From the sequence record NC_070982.1: a stretch of 64,000 bases of DNA; one strand, written 5' to 3'. This document shows, one piece after another, positions 1 through 9,018 of this stretch. The DNA is from Escherichia phage vB_EcoP-101114UKE3. Positions within the stretch are counted from its first letter, which is position 1; each line of letters opens with the position of its first letter. Under the pieces are notes generated by a model that saw nothing but the letters and a program-made list of their open reading frames with translations, did not search any database and was not told the DNA's origin. The position numbers and the translations under genes are program-made.

Positions 1-59
1 GCCTTTCATCCTTCCTTAACATGAGTAGAAGAAATACGGGTGGGATATTACTGGTTAGA

Positions 60-125
60 TATACATGGGTAAATAATGCATGTGTAATATCAATGGGTAG
101 GGTATTTATGGGTAGGGATACCACT
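60..125. repeat. Cluster of short direct repeats (ATGGGT and GGTAG units) in the non-coding leader
   Basis: ATGGGT at 65-70, 93-98 and 108-113 and several GGTAG copies within about 65 bp; no ORF. Confidence 0.4.
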
Positions 126-265
126 GGTAGCAGGTAGGGCAAGGCTTAGAGCTTAAAGGCTGATTGATTTCCTAAAGGCAATTGCATTGGTAATAACCCT
201 TTTTTAAATGAGGACTCCCCCTTTTTAGGAAACGCGCTCGGAGAGGCTAGGTCCATCCGGTCAAA

Positions 266-290
266 TTGAAATTTTAAACTGTTATATATA
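266..290 (+). promoter_or_regulatory. Candidate host-type promoter with extended -10 (TGTTATATA)
   Basis: TG-n-TATATA at 280-288, about 20 nt upstream of the small ORF at 309; -35 is poor. Confidence 0.3.
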
Positions 291-308
291 AGCATAAGGA
301 ATAACTTA

Positions 309-473
309 ATGTGGAAATTGAAGATGATTATTCGTCAGATCAAATGTCAACATGAATACTACCCGATACGAATATCAAGAGGTGATGAACGATTACACGC
401 TTATTACAAGAGTACATGGAGATGTGCAGACTGTGGTAAGGTGAGGAATAGTAAATGGGTGGATAGGCCTTAA
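309..473 (+). CDS. Small hypothetical protein (54 aa) with C-x-H and C-x2-C motifs, zinc-ribbon-like
   Basis: ATG at 309 with AAGGA 8 nt upstream; open to TAA at 471-473; below the ORF-track size cutoff. Confidence 0.3.
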   Translation: MWKLKMIIRQIKCQHEYYPIRISRGDERLHAYYKSTWRCADCGKVRNSKWVDRP

Positions 474-600
474 CATGACATGGCCTTTATGGGTATGCCT
501 TAATGTGGGGTAGCCTTTATGAAGTCCCCTTTACTTCAGCGTACATGGGTTTATACATGGGTGGGCCTTTAGATGAGTACGCCTTTATGGGTTGATCACT
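466..600. repeat. Array of about 7 degenerate 14-16 bp direct repeats (core CCTTTATGGGT)
   Basis: Units begin with CCTT(T)A and contain ATG(G/T)GG; ATGGGT recurs near 454, 490, 545, 557 and 587. Confidence 0.45.
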
Positions 601-624
601 CTCGTTTATCAGAGGAGAACAAAT

Positions 625-873
625 ATGTTTCTAGACTTTTTATCAGAGGTACTTCCCTACTTCCGCACTGAGAAATGTGCATTTGTATTTGATGAAGGGG
701 AGGAGTCAATGACTTGTTTGGGTAGATTAGTAGACCTAGACGATGATGAAGATTTTGATGCTACGATGGACATTAGTTCATTGGGCTGGTTGTACATGAG
801 ATGCTTTGTAAGTTACAAGGCTGAAACGTTTAAAGATTATCGCTATAGCGCTGAAGGAGAGAATGATGAATAA
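625..873 (+). CDS. Hypothetical acidic protein (82 aa)
   Basis: ATG at 625 preceded by AGAGGAG; ORF-track frame 592..873 trimmed to the first RBS-supported ATG. Confidence 0.5.
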   Translation: MFLDFLSEVLPYFRTEKCAFVFDEGEESMTCLGRLVDLDDDEDFDATMDISSLGWLYMRCFVSYKAETFKDYRYSAEGENDE

Positions 874-1519
874 TATGACAGGAACTAATACACTGAATGC
901 AATCTATGAGAACATGGGATGTAAAGGCGAGGTTGCTTACAATGGCTCACTCCGTCCTTTATCAGAGGACACTTTCTATCTGAATCGTGTTCATGAAACT
1001 ACTGGAGGTAAATCCCGAGTTGAGATGGTAAAACAACTGGCTCATGGTTCTGTGTACGGTTATGCTCCTTCAACCCGTGAAATATGGGAAGGTTTGATTC
1101 CTCGTACAGAAGCTAAAGATGTGAAAGACTATTTCACTGTAGCAAAAGAAGTTAAACGTAAGTGTCCATCCAATTTAGAAGTTGTTCCGTATGTAGCTGA
1201 CAAACATGCACACCTACCGGACTATGCCCGTGAGATGATTGAGATGATTGAAGAAGCCGAGTATGAAGCTCTGAATAATTATTTAAATTCAAAAGATCAA
1301 TGGTCACGTAATGTAGTAATTGATGAAGAAGGTAATGAAGTTGTAACGTGGGTGCATGTTAGTGAACAAGCTCTGGACCCCGAGCTTGAAGAATACAAAA
1401 AATTTTTGGCGTCCTCTTCTTTTGAGGTAGAGAATGACAAATCTATTCCAGTTGGCTGGGAAGGTGAAACTGTAGCTCTCCAGACTTTGTTCAACCTACA
1501 CGTAGGTGATGTAGATTAA
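863..1519 (+). CDS. Hypothetical protein (218 aa)
   Basis: ORF with AAGGAGAG RBS; start overlaps the upstream stop. Confidence 0.55.
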   Translation: MMNNMTGTNTLNAIYENMGCKGEVAYNGSLRPLSEDTFYLNRVHETTGGKSRVEMVKQLAHGSVYGYAPSTREIWEGLIPRTEAKDVKDYFTVAKEVKRKCPSNLEVVPYVADKHAHLPDYAREMIEMIEEAEYEALNNYLNSKDQWSRNVVIDEEGNEVVTWVHVSEQALDPELEEYKKFLASSSFEVENDKSIPVGWEGETVALQTLFNLHVGDVD

Positions 1520-1530
1520 TAAAAGGCGTT

Positions 1531-1557
1531 GCCTCCTCTCGTGGGAGGCTTTTTGTT
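1531..1557 (+). terminator. Rho-independent terminator
   Basis: GCCTCC / GGAGGC stem with 7-nt loop followed by TTTTTGTT. Confidence 0.5.
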
Positions 1558-1573
1558 ATAATGATAATGTAGA
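1554..1573 (+). promoter_or_regulatory. Candidate promoter: TGTTATAAT followed by TAATGTAGA
   Basis: Extended -10-like TGTTATAAT at 1554-1562 and a near-copy of the recurring TAATGTATA element at 1565-1573, 12 nt upstream of the ATG at 1585. Confidence 0.35.
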
Positions 1574-1584
1574 AGGAGTATAAG

Positions 1585-2052
1585 ATGTTTGGAGAAAAAG
1601 GAGAACTCACGCCTGCACAGGTAGCTGAGATTACAGGAAGACTGCCCGGAGTAACGGAAGAACTTGAATCCAAGGGCATGGAACCAAGCACAGGGAAGTT
1701 CACTAAAGGTAATAAATTTGGACGTCCCAAAGGTAGTAGAGGTAAATTGACACAGCTCATGCTCGATCGTGTTGCTGCTAGTCATCTGTCTCCCGATGAA
1801 GTGTTGATTCAGATTTATGAAGATCCAAATATTCCACCCGATCTTAGATTCAAGGCTGCAAGTAAAGTCGCTGATCTGGTATATCCTAAGGCAGCTTCTG
1901 TTGAGGTTAAGATTGAGGAAGAGAATGTAATCAATGAAGAATCACTGAACGCACAGATTCGAGACTTCTTGACTGGTGCACTGAAAGTGGATGTGCTACC
2001 TCCAGAGGACTCTGAGGACGCTGAAAAGGAGGAGGAAGCGGACGAGAGTTAA
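1585..2052 (+). CDS. Putative terminase small subunit (155 aa)
   Basis: Directly upstream of the large terminase; basic segment KGNKFGRPKGSRGK and acidic C-terminus; RBS GAAGGAG; assigned by position. Confidence 0.4.
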   Translation: MFGEKGELTPAQVAEITGRLPGVTEELESKGMEPSTGKFTKGNKFGRPKGSRGKLTQLMLDRVAASHLSPDEVLIQIYEDPNIPPDLRFKAASKVADLVYPKAASVEVKIEEENVINEESLNAQIRDFLTGALKVDVLPPEDSEDAEKEEEADES

Positions 2053-2080
2053 TAGGAATAGAGGGGAGGGTTCTTTTCGC

Positions 2081-2104
2081 GAGGGATCTCTCCCTTTTTT
2101 ATTT
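2081..2104 (+). terminator. Possible rho-independent terminator or attenuator
   Basis: Short AGGGA / TCCCT hairpin followed by TTTTTTATTTT. Confidence 0.3.
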
Positions 2105-2118
2105 TATTGGAGGAATAT

Positions 2119-3660
2119 ATGTCGTTAGATAAAGAAATCTATGAAGCTCTAACTGGAGACAAGTTGAGTATAGAGGAAAAGAAAGCTTTGCTCAATATGT
2201 TAAAAGAAAGGGACCAGTGGAGAAAATATAACAAGATGTTGGCTTTTAAAGCTTACGACTTTCAGAAGAAATTCTATGCAGCAGGGTTGAAGCATCGCTT
2301 TCGATTCCTGTGCGCAGCTAACCGTGTTGGTAAATCTTACAGCGAGGCATACGAGTTTGCTTGTCATGTCACAGGTCGCTATCCAACTTGGTGGACAGGT
2401 TACAGATTTAATCGACCTATATTGGCTTGGGCAGTAGGGATTACAGGGGACTCTACAAGAAAGGTATTGCAAAAGGAGTTGTTTGGAACACCTATCGGAA
2501 AGGATATGAATCTAATAGGAACAGGTGTTATTCCTCGTGATGCTATCGTATTGGACACGATAGAACGAGATGGGAACAAATTACAGATTGTACAAATTAA
2601 GCATCAAAACGCGAGAGGCGAGTTTGACGGTTTAAGTACATTAGAGTTCCGTTCTACCCAACAGGGTGAACATACATTGATGGGTGCTACAGTTGATTAT
2701 ATTTGGCTGGACGAAGAAGATCCATATGAATCTATGGCAATCTTCTCTCAGTGCGTAACACGTACACTTACAACTAAAGGTTTAGTTACTATTACAGCTA
2801 CACCAGAGAACGGTTTAACAGAGCTGGTGGATAAGTTTATGAAAGGTGAAGGAGATGAGAACACAGGTTCTCTGTATTTCCAGAATGCTTCTTGGTGGGA
2901 TGCTCATGTAGATTTAGGTGGACATATCACTGACCAAGATATTAAAGACATGACTGAAGGTATTCCAACATGGCAGTTAGAGATGCGTTCAAAAGGTATG
3001 CCGTTGCTTGGTTCTGGTTTGATTTATGATGTATCAGATGACATGATTAAGTGTGATCCCTTTGAGATACCTGATACGTGGAAACGTGTTTGTGCTATTG
3101 ATATTGGTATCGATCACCCGACAGCCGCTGTTTGGACAGCATATGATGCTAACACTGATACGATTTATGTTTATGACTGCTATAAAGAAGGTGGGTTTAC
3201 TCCGGTGTACCATGCACCAGCTATTAATGGTCGTGGTCAGTGGATTCCAGTTATTCTTCCTCACGATGCCGATAATATTGAGAAGGGAAGTGGTTCGTCT
3301 GTTGCTCAATTCTATAAGAATGCAGGGGTTAATGTACAGAGTGAGACCTTCTACAACAAGATTGGAATGGATGGTAAGAAGAACTTCTTTGTAGAGCCGG
3401 GAATTACTGATATTCGTGAACGTATGATGTCAGGTCGTTTTAAAATCTTTAACATTGCTTCGTGTGCTAAACTCTTTGAAGAGAAAGCTCGCTATCACCG
3501 TAAGGTTGGCAAGATTGTTAAGGAACATGATGACTTGATGGATGCTATGCGATATTCAGCTTGTTCTGTAACACATCGTGGACGTAGTAAGCATGATGCT
3601 AGTTATGGTAGTTCATCGCTTTATCAAGACAATATTAACAGATGGAATCAGACCTACTAA
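2119..3660 (+). CDS. Terminase large subunit
   Basis: ATG at 2119 with GGAGG RBS (the ORF-track start at 2107 is TTG); Walker A-like RVGKS and Walker B-like IWLDEED; typical size and position. Confidence 0.8.
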   Translation: MSLDKEIYEALTGDKLSIEEKKALLNMLKERDQWRKYNKMLAFKAYDFQKKFYAAGLKHRFRFLCAANRVGKSYSEAYEFACHVTGRYPTWWTGYRFNRPILAWAVGITGDSTRKVLQKELFGTPIGKDMNLIGTGVIPRDAIVLDTIERDGNKLQIVQIKHQNARGEFDGLSTLEFRSTQQGEHTLMGATVDYIWLDEEDPYESMAIFSQCVTRTLTTKGLVTITATPENGLTELVDKFMKGEGDENTGSLYFQNASWWDAHVDLGGHITDQDIKDMTEGIPTWQLEMRSKGMPLLGSGLIYDVSDDMIKCDPFEIPDTWKRVCAIDIGIDHPTAAVWTAYDANTDTIYVYDCYKEGGFTPVYHAPAINGRGQWIPVILPHDADNIEKGSGSSVAQFYKNAGVNVQSETFYNKIGMDGKKNFFVEPGITDIRERMMSGRFKIFNIASCAKLFEEKARYHRKVGKIVKEHDDLMDAMRYSACSVTHRGRSKHDASYGSSSLYQDNINRWNQTY

Positions 3661-3666
3661 AAATAG

Positions 3667-3690
3667 GGGAGGCTTTGTCCTCCCTTTAGT
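3667..3690 (+). terminator. Weak terminator-like hairpin
   Basis: GGGAGG / CCTCCC stem with CTTTGT loop followed by only TTT. Confidence 0.3.
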
Positions 3691-3725
3691 AGTTCCTTCC
3701 AAGCTATCACCGAGGGAGAGATTAG

Positions 3726-5969
3726 ATGGCTAAGAAGAAATTTAGTGAAGATGTTTTGGATGAATTACGCGTTGACCTTCAACGTCGATTCAATTATGCT
3801 CAAGGTTATGTAGACTTAGCTGTAAAAGGCTATGCTCGTGAGGCTTGGGAATACTTCTATGGGAACCTTCCTGCTCCAGTTACTGCTGGTAGCTCTAGTT
3901 GGGTAGACCGTACAGTATGGGAATCAGTGAATGGTACGCTCCAAGATATCATTAACGTGTTCTGTTCTGGTGACGAAGCGGTAACTTTCGTAGCCGATAA
4001 CCAAGAAGATAGTGATGCTGCTGACGTAGCCACTAAACTTGTCAACCAAATTTTGTTACGTGATAATCCGGGATACAATATTATCTCTTCAGCGGCACAA
4101 GAGTGTCTGGTTACACGTAACTCTTTTATTAAATATTATTGGGATGAACAAACTTCTACCCAAACAGAAGAAGCAGAGGGTGTTCCTCCGGAAGCTTTGG
4201 CTGCATATGTCCAAGGTTTAGAAGCTGGTGGGCTTCAAGATTTAGAAATCTTTACCACTGACAACGAAGATGGTACAGTGGATGTTAAAGTAACTTACAA
4301 ACAAACAGTAAAACGCGTTAAAGTAGAATATGTTCCTTCAGAACAGATTTTTGTTGACGAACATGCTACCTCTTTTGCAGATGCTCAGTATTTCTGTCAT
4401 CGCACACGTAAATCTAAAGAAGATCTGGTTGCTATGGGCTTCCCTAAAGATGAAATTGAAGCTTTTAATGACTGGACTGATACAATGGACACCACTCAAT
4501 CTACTGTTGCATGGTCACGTACTGACTGGCGTCAGGATATAGATTCAGATATCGGTGTAGACACTGATGATATCGCTTCTATGGTTTGGGTTTACGAGCA
4601 TTACATCCGTACTGGTGTACTGGATAAGAATAAAGAAGCAAAACTCTATCAAGTTATTCAAGCAGGTGAGCATATTCTCAGTTGTGAAGAAGTAACTAGC
4701 ATTCCTTTTGTAACATTCTGCCCTTATCCTATTCCGGGTTCATTCTATGGACAATCTGTTTATGATATCACCAAAGATATTCAGGATTTGCGTACCGCTT
4801 TGGTTCGTGGTTATATCGATAACGTAAACAATGCTAACTATGGTCGATATAAGGCGCTTGTAGGCGCGTATGACCGTCGTTCTTTGCTAGACAACCGTCC
4901 GGGCGGTGTAGTAGAAATGGAGCGTCAGGATGCGATTGATCTCTTCCCTTACCACAATCTACCTCAGGGTATTGATGGCTTACTAGGAATGTCAGATGAG
5001 TTGAAAGAGACTCGTACTGGTGTTACTAAGCTTGGTATGGGCATTAACCCTGATGTGTTTAAGAATGATAACGCATATGCAACTGTTGGATTGATGATGA
5101 ATGCTGCTCAGAACCGTCTCCGTATGGTCTGTCGTAACATTGCTCACAACGGTATGGTTGAATTGATGCGTGGTATTTATAATTTAGTCCGAGAAAATGG
5201 TGAGGTTCCTTTACAAGTACAAACCCCTCGTGGTATGGTTCAGGTTCATCCTAAACAACTGCCTGCTCGTCACAATCTACAAGTTGTTGTAGCTATCTCT
5301 CCTAGCGAGAAATCAGAACGTGCACAGAAACTCATTAGTCTGAAGCAATTAATTGCTGCTGATGCTCAGTTAGCACCTCTGTTTACTCTGGAGCAAGATC
5401 GTTACATGACTGCACAGATCTTCGAGTTGATGGGAATTAAAGACACTCACAAATACTTAATGCCTCTGGAACAGTATCAACCGCCAGAACCTTCTCCGAT
5501 GGAAATCCTCCAGCTTGAGATGACTAAAGCACAGGTTGAGAACGTACAGGCTTCTTCTCAGAAGATGATTGCTGATGCATTCGACCAGCGTGAACGTACT
5601 ACGTTTGAACAGCAGAAAGCTGCGGACGAGTTCAGCTTACGTCAAGAAGAACTGCAATTTAAGCAAGAGAATGCTGCTGATCAGATGACTTTGGAGAATC
5701 GTAAAGAAGACAACAGTGCTACACTTGAACAGGCTAAGCACAAGTTGGCTCTGCTCCAGCAACAGGTCCGTCAGTATGAATCTGTACTTAAAGAATTGCA
5801 GATGACTCTTAACCATCAGGTTGATGTTGAGAAAGTTGCAAATCAGGCTAAAATTCAAGATAAGACTTTGGAACTCCAAAAGAAAGAAGCAAATGAAACT
5901 AAGAAAGAACAGCAAAGTTCAATCAAAGATTCACGGATTCCTAACCGTCGTCTTGGTAGTAGAAAATAA
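3726..5969 (+). CDS. Putative portal protein (747 aa)
   Basis: Large protein immediately after the large terminase; coiled-coil Q/E/K-rich C-terminus; RBS GAGGGAGAG. Confidence 0.65.
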   Translation: MAKKKFSEDVLDELRVDLQRRFNYAQGYVDLAVKGYAREAWEYFYGNLPAPVTAGSSSWVDRTVWESVNGTLQDIINVFCSGDEAVTFVADNQEDSDAADVATKLVNQILLRDNPGYNIISSAAQECLVTRNSFIKYYWDEQTSTQTEEAEGVPPEALAAYVQGLEAGGLQDLEIFTTDNEDGTVDVKVTYKQTVKRVKVEYVPSEQIFVDEHATSFADAQYFCHRTRKSKEDLVAMGFPKDEIEAFNDWTDTMDTTQSTVAWSRTDWRQDIDSDIGVDTDDIASMVWVYEHYIRTGVLDKNKEAKLYQVIQAGEHILSCEEVTSIPFVTFCPYPIPGSFYGQSVYDITKDIQDLRTALVRGYIDNVNNANYGRYKALVGAYDRRSLLDNRPGGVVEMERQDAIDLFPYHNLPQGIDGLLGMSDELKETRTGVTKLGMGINPDVFKNDNAYATVGLMMNAAQNRLRMVCRNIAHNGMVELMRGIYNLVRENGEVPLQVQTPRGMVQVHPKQLPARHNLQVVVAISPSEKSERAQKLISLKQLIAADAQLAPLFTLEQDRYMTAQIFELMGIKDTHKYLMPLEQYQPPEPSPMEILQLEMTKAQVENVQASSQKMIADAFDQRERTTFEQQKAADEFSLRQEELQFKQENAADQMTLENRKEDNSATLEQAKHKLALLQQQVRQYESVLKELQMTLNHQVDVEKVANQAKIQDKTLELQKKEANETKKEQQSSIKDSRIPNRRLGSRK

Positions 5970-5978
5970 GGATACTGA

Positions 5979-6215
5979 ATGAATACAAGACAGCAATTCA
6001 ATAAAGAGCACGCCGCCGCTTTGGCGGCTCTCAATCACAACGGCATTCTTGACGCAGCATTAGAGGCATTAAAAGAAACCCTCATGAGAGATATTGTATT
6101 AACCGAGGCTCATGAGAATAAGAAACGCGAAGAGTGTTATCAAAAGTATAAAATGGTTGGTAGCTTAAAAGAGGTCATAAAAGCTGCTATCAATAATGCA
6201 GGAGATAATTCCTAA
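5979..6215 (+). CDS. Hypothetical protein (78 aa)
   Basis: ORF between portal and scaffold genes. Confidence 0.45.
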   Translation: MNTRQQFNKEHAAALAALNHNGILDAALEALKETLMRDIVLTEAHENKKREECYQKYKMVGSLKEVIKAAINNAGDNS

Positions 6216-7297
6216 TGGCAAATGATTATATTGACCCGAACGATTTTAAATCTTTCCTCCAACTAGACGACTTAAAAGGCTCCTTCAAAGAAGAGCTTAG
6301 TCAATTAGAATCAGAACGTGAACCAGAAGTGAACATTGATGATGAATTCCCAGAACAGTCTGAGACTTTTGATCTTGATGCTTCCGACCTTCTCGGTGAT
6401 GACGATACGTTAGCGTTCGAAGATGAAGATGGTTGGGAAGATCGTGAAGAGGAAGGCGAAGAAGAAGAGGAAGAGTCTGAGTTCTCTGATGAAGACGATG
6501 AAGAAGATGATTCCGGTGAAGCAGATCACGATGAAGCTGCTAACAGTGATGAAGATGGCGAAGAAGGTGAAGTCTTTGACGTAGATTATGAAACTGTTAT
6601 CACCCTTCCTGATGGTCGTGAGATGACTATTGAAGAGTTGTCTAATGGCTATTTGACTGGTGCAGAAATGTCCGAACGTGAGACTACTTTGCAGCGTCAT
6701 GTTGAAGCTTTTGAAGAACGTGTTTCTGGCTTGGGTGATGTATTAGAACTAGCTGCCCTAGAAGCAGACCGAGTAATTGAAGATTACAACGGTTTTGATT
6801 GGGACAAACTCGCACAAGAAGATCCTCAAGCTTATGTAGAAAATAAACGTTTCTTAGAAAAATATACAGCTCGTCGCCAACAGCTTGAACAAGCTCAGCT
6901 TAAAATCAAGCAAGAAGCACTAGCAAAAGAACAACAGCTCTTCCAAGCTAAATGTACTGAGTGTGTAAGCGTACTTAAACGTGAGATTCCTAATTGGGAT
7001 GACAACTTGTATCAGAACCTGATGCAGTATGCAATCGACTTAGGTGCTACAGAAGAAGAAGTGCTGAAAGAGAACCGTCCGTCAATCTTCCTAGCTCTAC
7101 ACAAAGCATACCAGTTTGATAAAGGTAAGCAGCAGGTGATGGCTAAGATTAAACGTCCCGGCTCTCCACGCAAGGTTGTGAAGTCCGATGCTTCTAAGTC
7201 TCGTTCTTCCAATACGCCAGACAACGCTAAGGTTGCCAAGGCATTCTCAGAGGGTCGTATTCGTCACGAAGATGCATTTAAGTATCTCGTAGATTAA
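6215..7297 (+). CDS. Putative scaffolding protein (360 aa)
   Basis: Very acidic D/E-rich region plus coiled-coil; lies between portal and capsid; RBS AGGAG. Confidence 0.5.
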   Translation: MANDYIDPNDFKSFLQLDDLKGSFKEELSQLESEREPEVNIDDEFPEQSETFDLDASDLLGDDDTLAFEDEDGWEDREEEGEEEEEESEFSDEDDEEDDSGEADHDEAANSDEDGEEGEVFDVDYETVITLPDGREMTIEELSNGYLTGAEMSERETTLQRHVEAFEERVSGLGDVLELAALEADRVIEDYNGFDWDKLAQEDPQAYVENKRFLEKYTARRQQLEQAQLKIKQEALAKEQQLFQAKCTECVSVLKREIPNWDDNLYQNLMQYAIDLGATEEEVLKENRPSIFLALHKAYQFDKGKQQVMAKIKRPGSPRKVVKSDASKSRSSNTPDNAKVAKAFSEGRIRHEDAFKYLVD

Positions 7298-7337
7298 TCG
7301 ACAAATTTATTTTTAATAGTATAGGAGCTAATATAAC

Positions 7338-8393
7338 ATGGCAAATCCAACTTTATTTGTATCTTACGACCAGAATGGTAAAAAACTTTCTTTTGCTAAC
7401 TGGATTTCTGTCCTGTCTCCGCAAGACACTCCGTTTGTGTCTATGACTGGTAAAGAGTCTATCAATCAGACTATTTTCAGCTGGCAGACCGATGCTCTGG
7501 CGAGCGTAGATGCTAACAACGCCCACGTCGAAGGCTCTCGTGCTGAAGACGGCGAAATGAAACCGACTGTAATTAAGTCCAACGTTACTCAGATCCTGCG
7601 TAAAGTTGTTCGTGTTTCTGATACTGCTAACACCACCGCTAACTACGGTCGTGGTCGTGAACTGATGTATCAGCTGGAGAAGAAAGGTAAAGAGATTAAA
7701 CGTGACCTCGAGAAAATCTTGCTGTCCGGTCAGGCTCGTACCGATATTCTGGCAGACCAGTATCTGACCAACTCTGCAACTGATCCTGCTGTTGTAGGTC
7801 AGAATGATACCTCAGCTGCTCGTAAGACTGGTGCTTTCCAGTTCCTGTGTGCACACAATGGTGTTGCTGGTGGTGTTGTTAAGAAAGAAGATGGTCCTGC
7901 TGACCCGGATACTGGTGCAGTAACTGTTAAAGTTGCACAGAATGCTTCTAACCCGACTACTAACATCGGTTTTGATGAAGCTGATATCTTTGATATGACT
8001 CTGCAATTATATACCGCTGGTTCTGAAGCAGACATCATCATGATTAACCCTGCTCACGCTAGCATCTTTGCTAAGCTTCAGGAAAACTCTGTTGGCTCTC
8101 GTCAGCGTATCTTTGAGAACACCAAACAGTTCATCTATGAAGTTAACAGCATCACTGACCCGCTGGGCCAGAGCTATAAAATCATCGTTAACCGTTGGAT
8201 GCCTGCTGATGCAGTTTACTTCTTCCGCAGCTCTGACTGGACTCAGATGGTTCTTCGTGCTCCGAAACGTACTGAACTGGCGAAAGATGGTTCTTACGAG
8301 AAATGGATGATCGAAATGGAAGTTGGTCTGCGTCACCGCAACCCGTATGCCTCCGGCGTTCTGTTCACTGCTGCGGGAAAGGTGGCGGCGTAA
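7338..8393 (+). CDS. Major capsid protein, short form (351 aa)
   Basis: Strong RBS TAGGAG; position after scaffold; followed by an in-register -1 ORF and a strong terminator. Confidence 0.65.
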   Translation: MANPTLFVSYDQNGKKLSFANWISVLSPQDTPFVSMTGKESINQTIFSWQTDALASVDANNAHVEGSRAEDGEMKPTVIKSNVTQILRKVVRVSDTANTTANYGRGRELMYQLEKKGKEIKRDLEKILLSGQARTDILADQYLTNSATDPAVVGQNDTSAARKTGAFQFLCAHNGVAGGVVKKEDGPADPDTGAVTVKVAQNASNPTTNIGFDEADIFDMTLQLYTAGSEADIIMINPAHASIFAKLQENSVGSRQRIFENTKQFIYEVNSITDPLGQSYKIIVNRWMPADAVYFFRSSDWTQMVLRAPKRTELAKDGSYEKWMIEMEVGLRHRNPYASGVLFTAAGKVAA

Positions 8394-8917
8394 CAGTAGA
8401 CAGTGTGACTGTTAGCCCTGCGTCTTTAGCAAGTCTAGAGACAGGGGCTACTCGGCAGTTCACTGCAAGCGCGGAGAAAAGTGATGGTTCTACCGAAACA
8501 ACTGGCTTTACTTGGTCAGTGACAGGAGGTGGTTCTATCACTCAGTCGGGTTTGTATACTGCTCCGAGTGCGTCTCAATCCACTGATGTATCCATTACTG
8601 CAACTTTAGAAGGTGTTTCTGGAACAGCAACCATTTCTGAAATTGTTGCTCCTGCTCCTACTATTGTAGCTAAGGGTCCAATTACGGGTAAAACTGGTGG
8701 TTCCTCCACTAATTTCACTACCATGTTTACTGTAACTAATTCTGCTGCTGCGGATTACACGTTTGTTGTAACTCCTACAGAAGCTGGTACAGTAAGTGCA
8801 GCTGGTGCGTTAACCTTAGATGCTGCTGCAAGTGGCGAAGTTACTGTTCAAGCAAGTTTGACAGCTGATCCGTCCATCAATGCAACATGCACTTTTACTG
8901 GTGTAACACCTGCTTAA
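7338..8917 (+). CDS. Major capsid protein, long form: predicted -1 frameshift fusion adding about 178 aa with Ig-like (BIG2-like) domains
   Basis: The -1 frame after the heptamer reads GKGGGVTVDSVTVSPASL...; no separate RBS seen for the downstream ORF 8303..8917. Confidence 0.5.
8375..8381 (+). other. Candidate -1 programmed frameshift slippery heptamer G_GGA_AAG
   Basis: X_XXY_YYZ heptamer in the capsid frame 10 nt before its TAA; the -1 frame stays open to 8917. Confidence 0.5.
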
Positions 8918-8924
8918 AACTAGA

Positions 8925-8950
8925 CCCTGCCTTCGGGCGGGGTTTTTTCG
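8925..8950 (+). terminator. Rho-independent terminator with UUCG loop
   Basis: CCCTGCC-TTCG-GGCGGGG followed by TTTTTT. Confidence 0.6.
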
Positions 8951-8976
8951 TTTTAAGACCTATACAAGCCAGTGTG

Positions 8977-8985
8977 TAATGTATA
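8977..8985 (+). promoter_or_regulatory. Candidate phage promoter element TAATGTATA
   Basis: Exact TAATGTATA 34 nt upstream of the ATG at 9019, just after the capsid terminator. Confidence 0.35.
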
Positions 8986-9018
8986 TTCTTTGTCTACATA
9001 CAACTAGGAGGACAATCT

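Noticed and set aside
466-600. Possible CRISPR-like array
   Set aside because: The repeats are only ~15 bp, degenerate and directly abutting with no spacers; no cas genes are present.
3053-3394. 113-aa plus-strand ORF in an alternative frame within the large terminase gene
   Set aside because: It is contained within the terminase coding region, is hydrophobic and low-complexity, and has no RBS.
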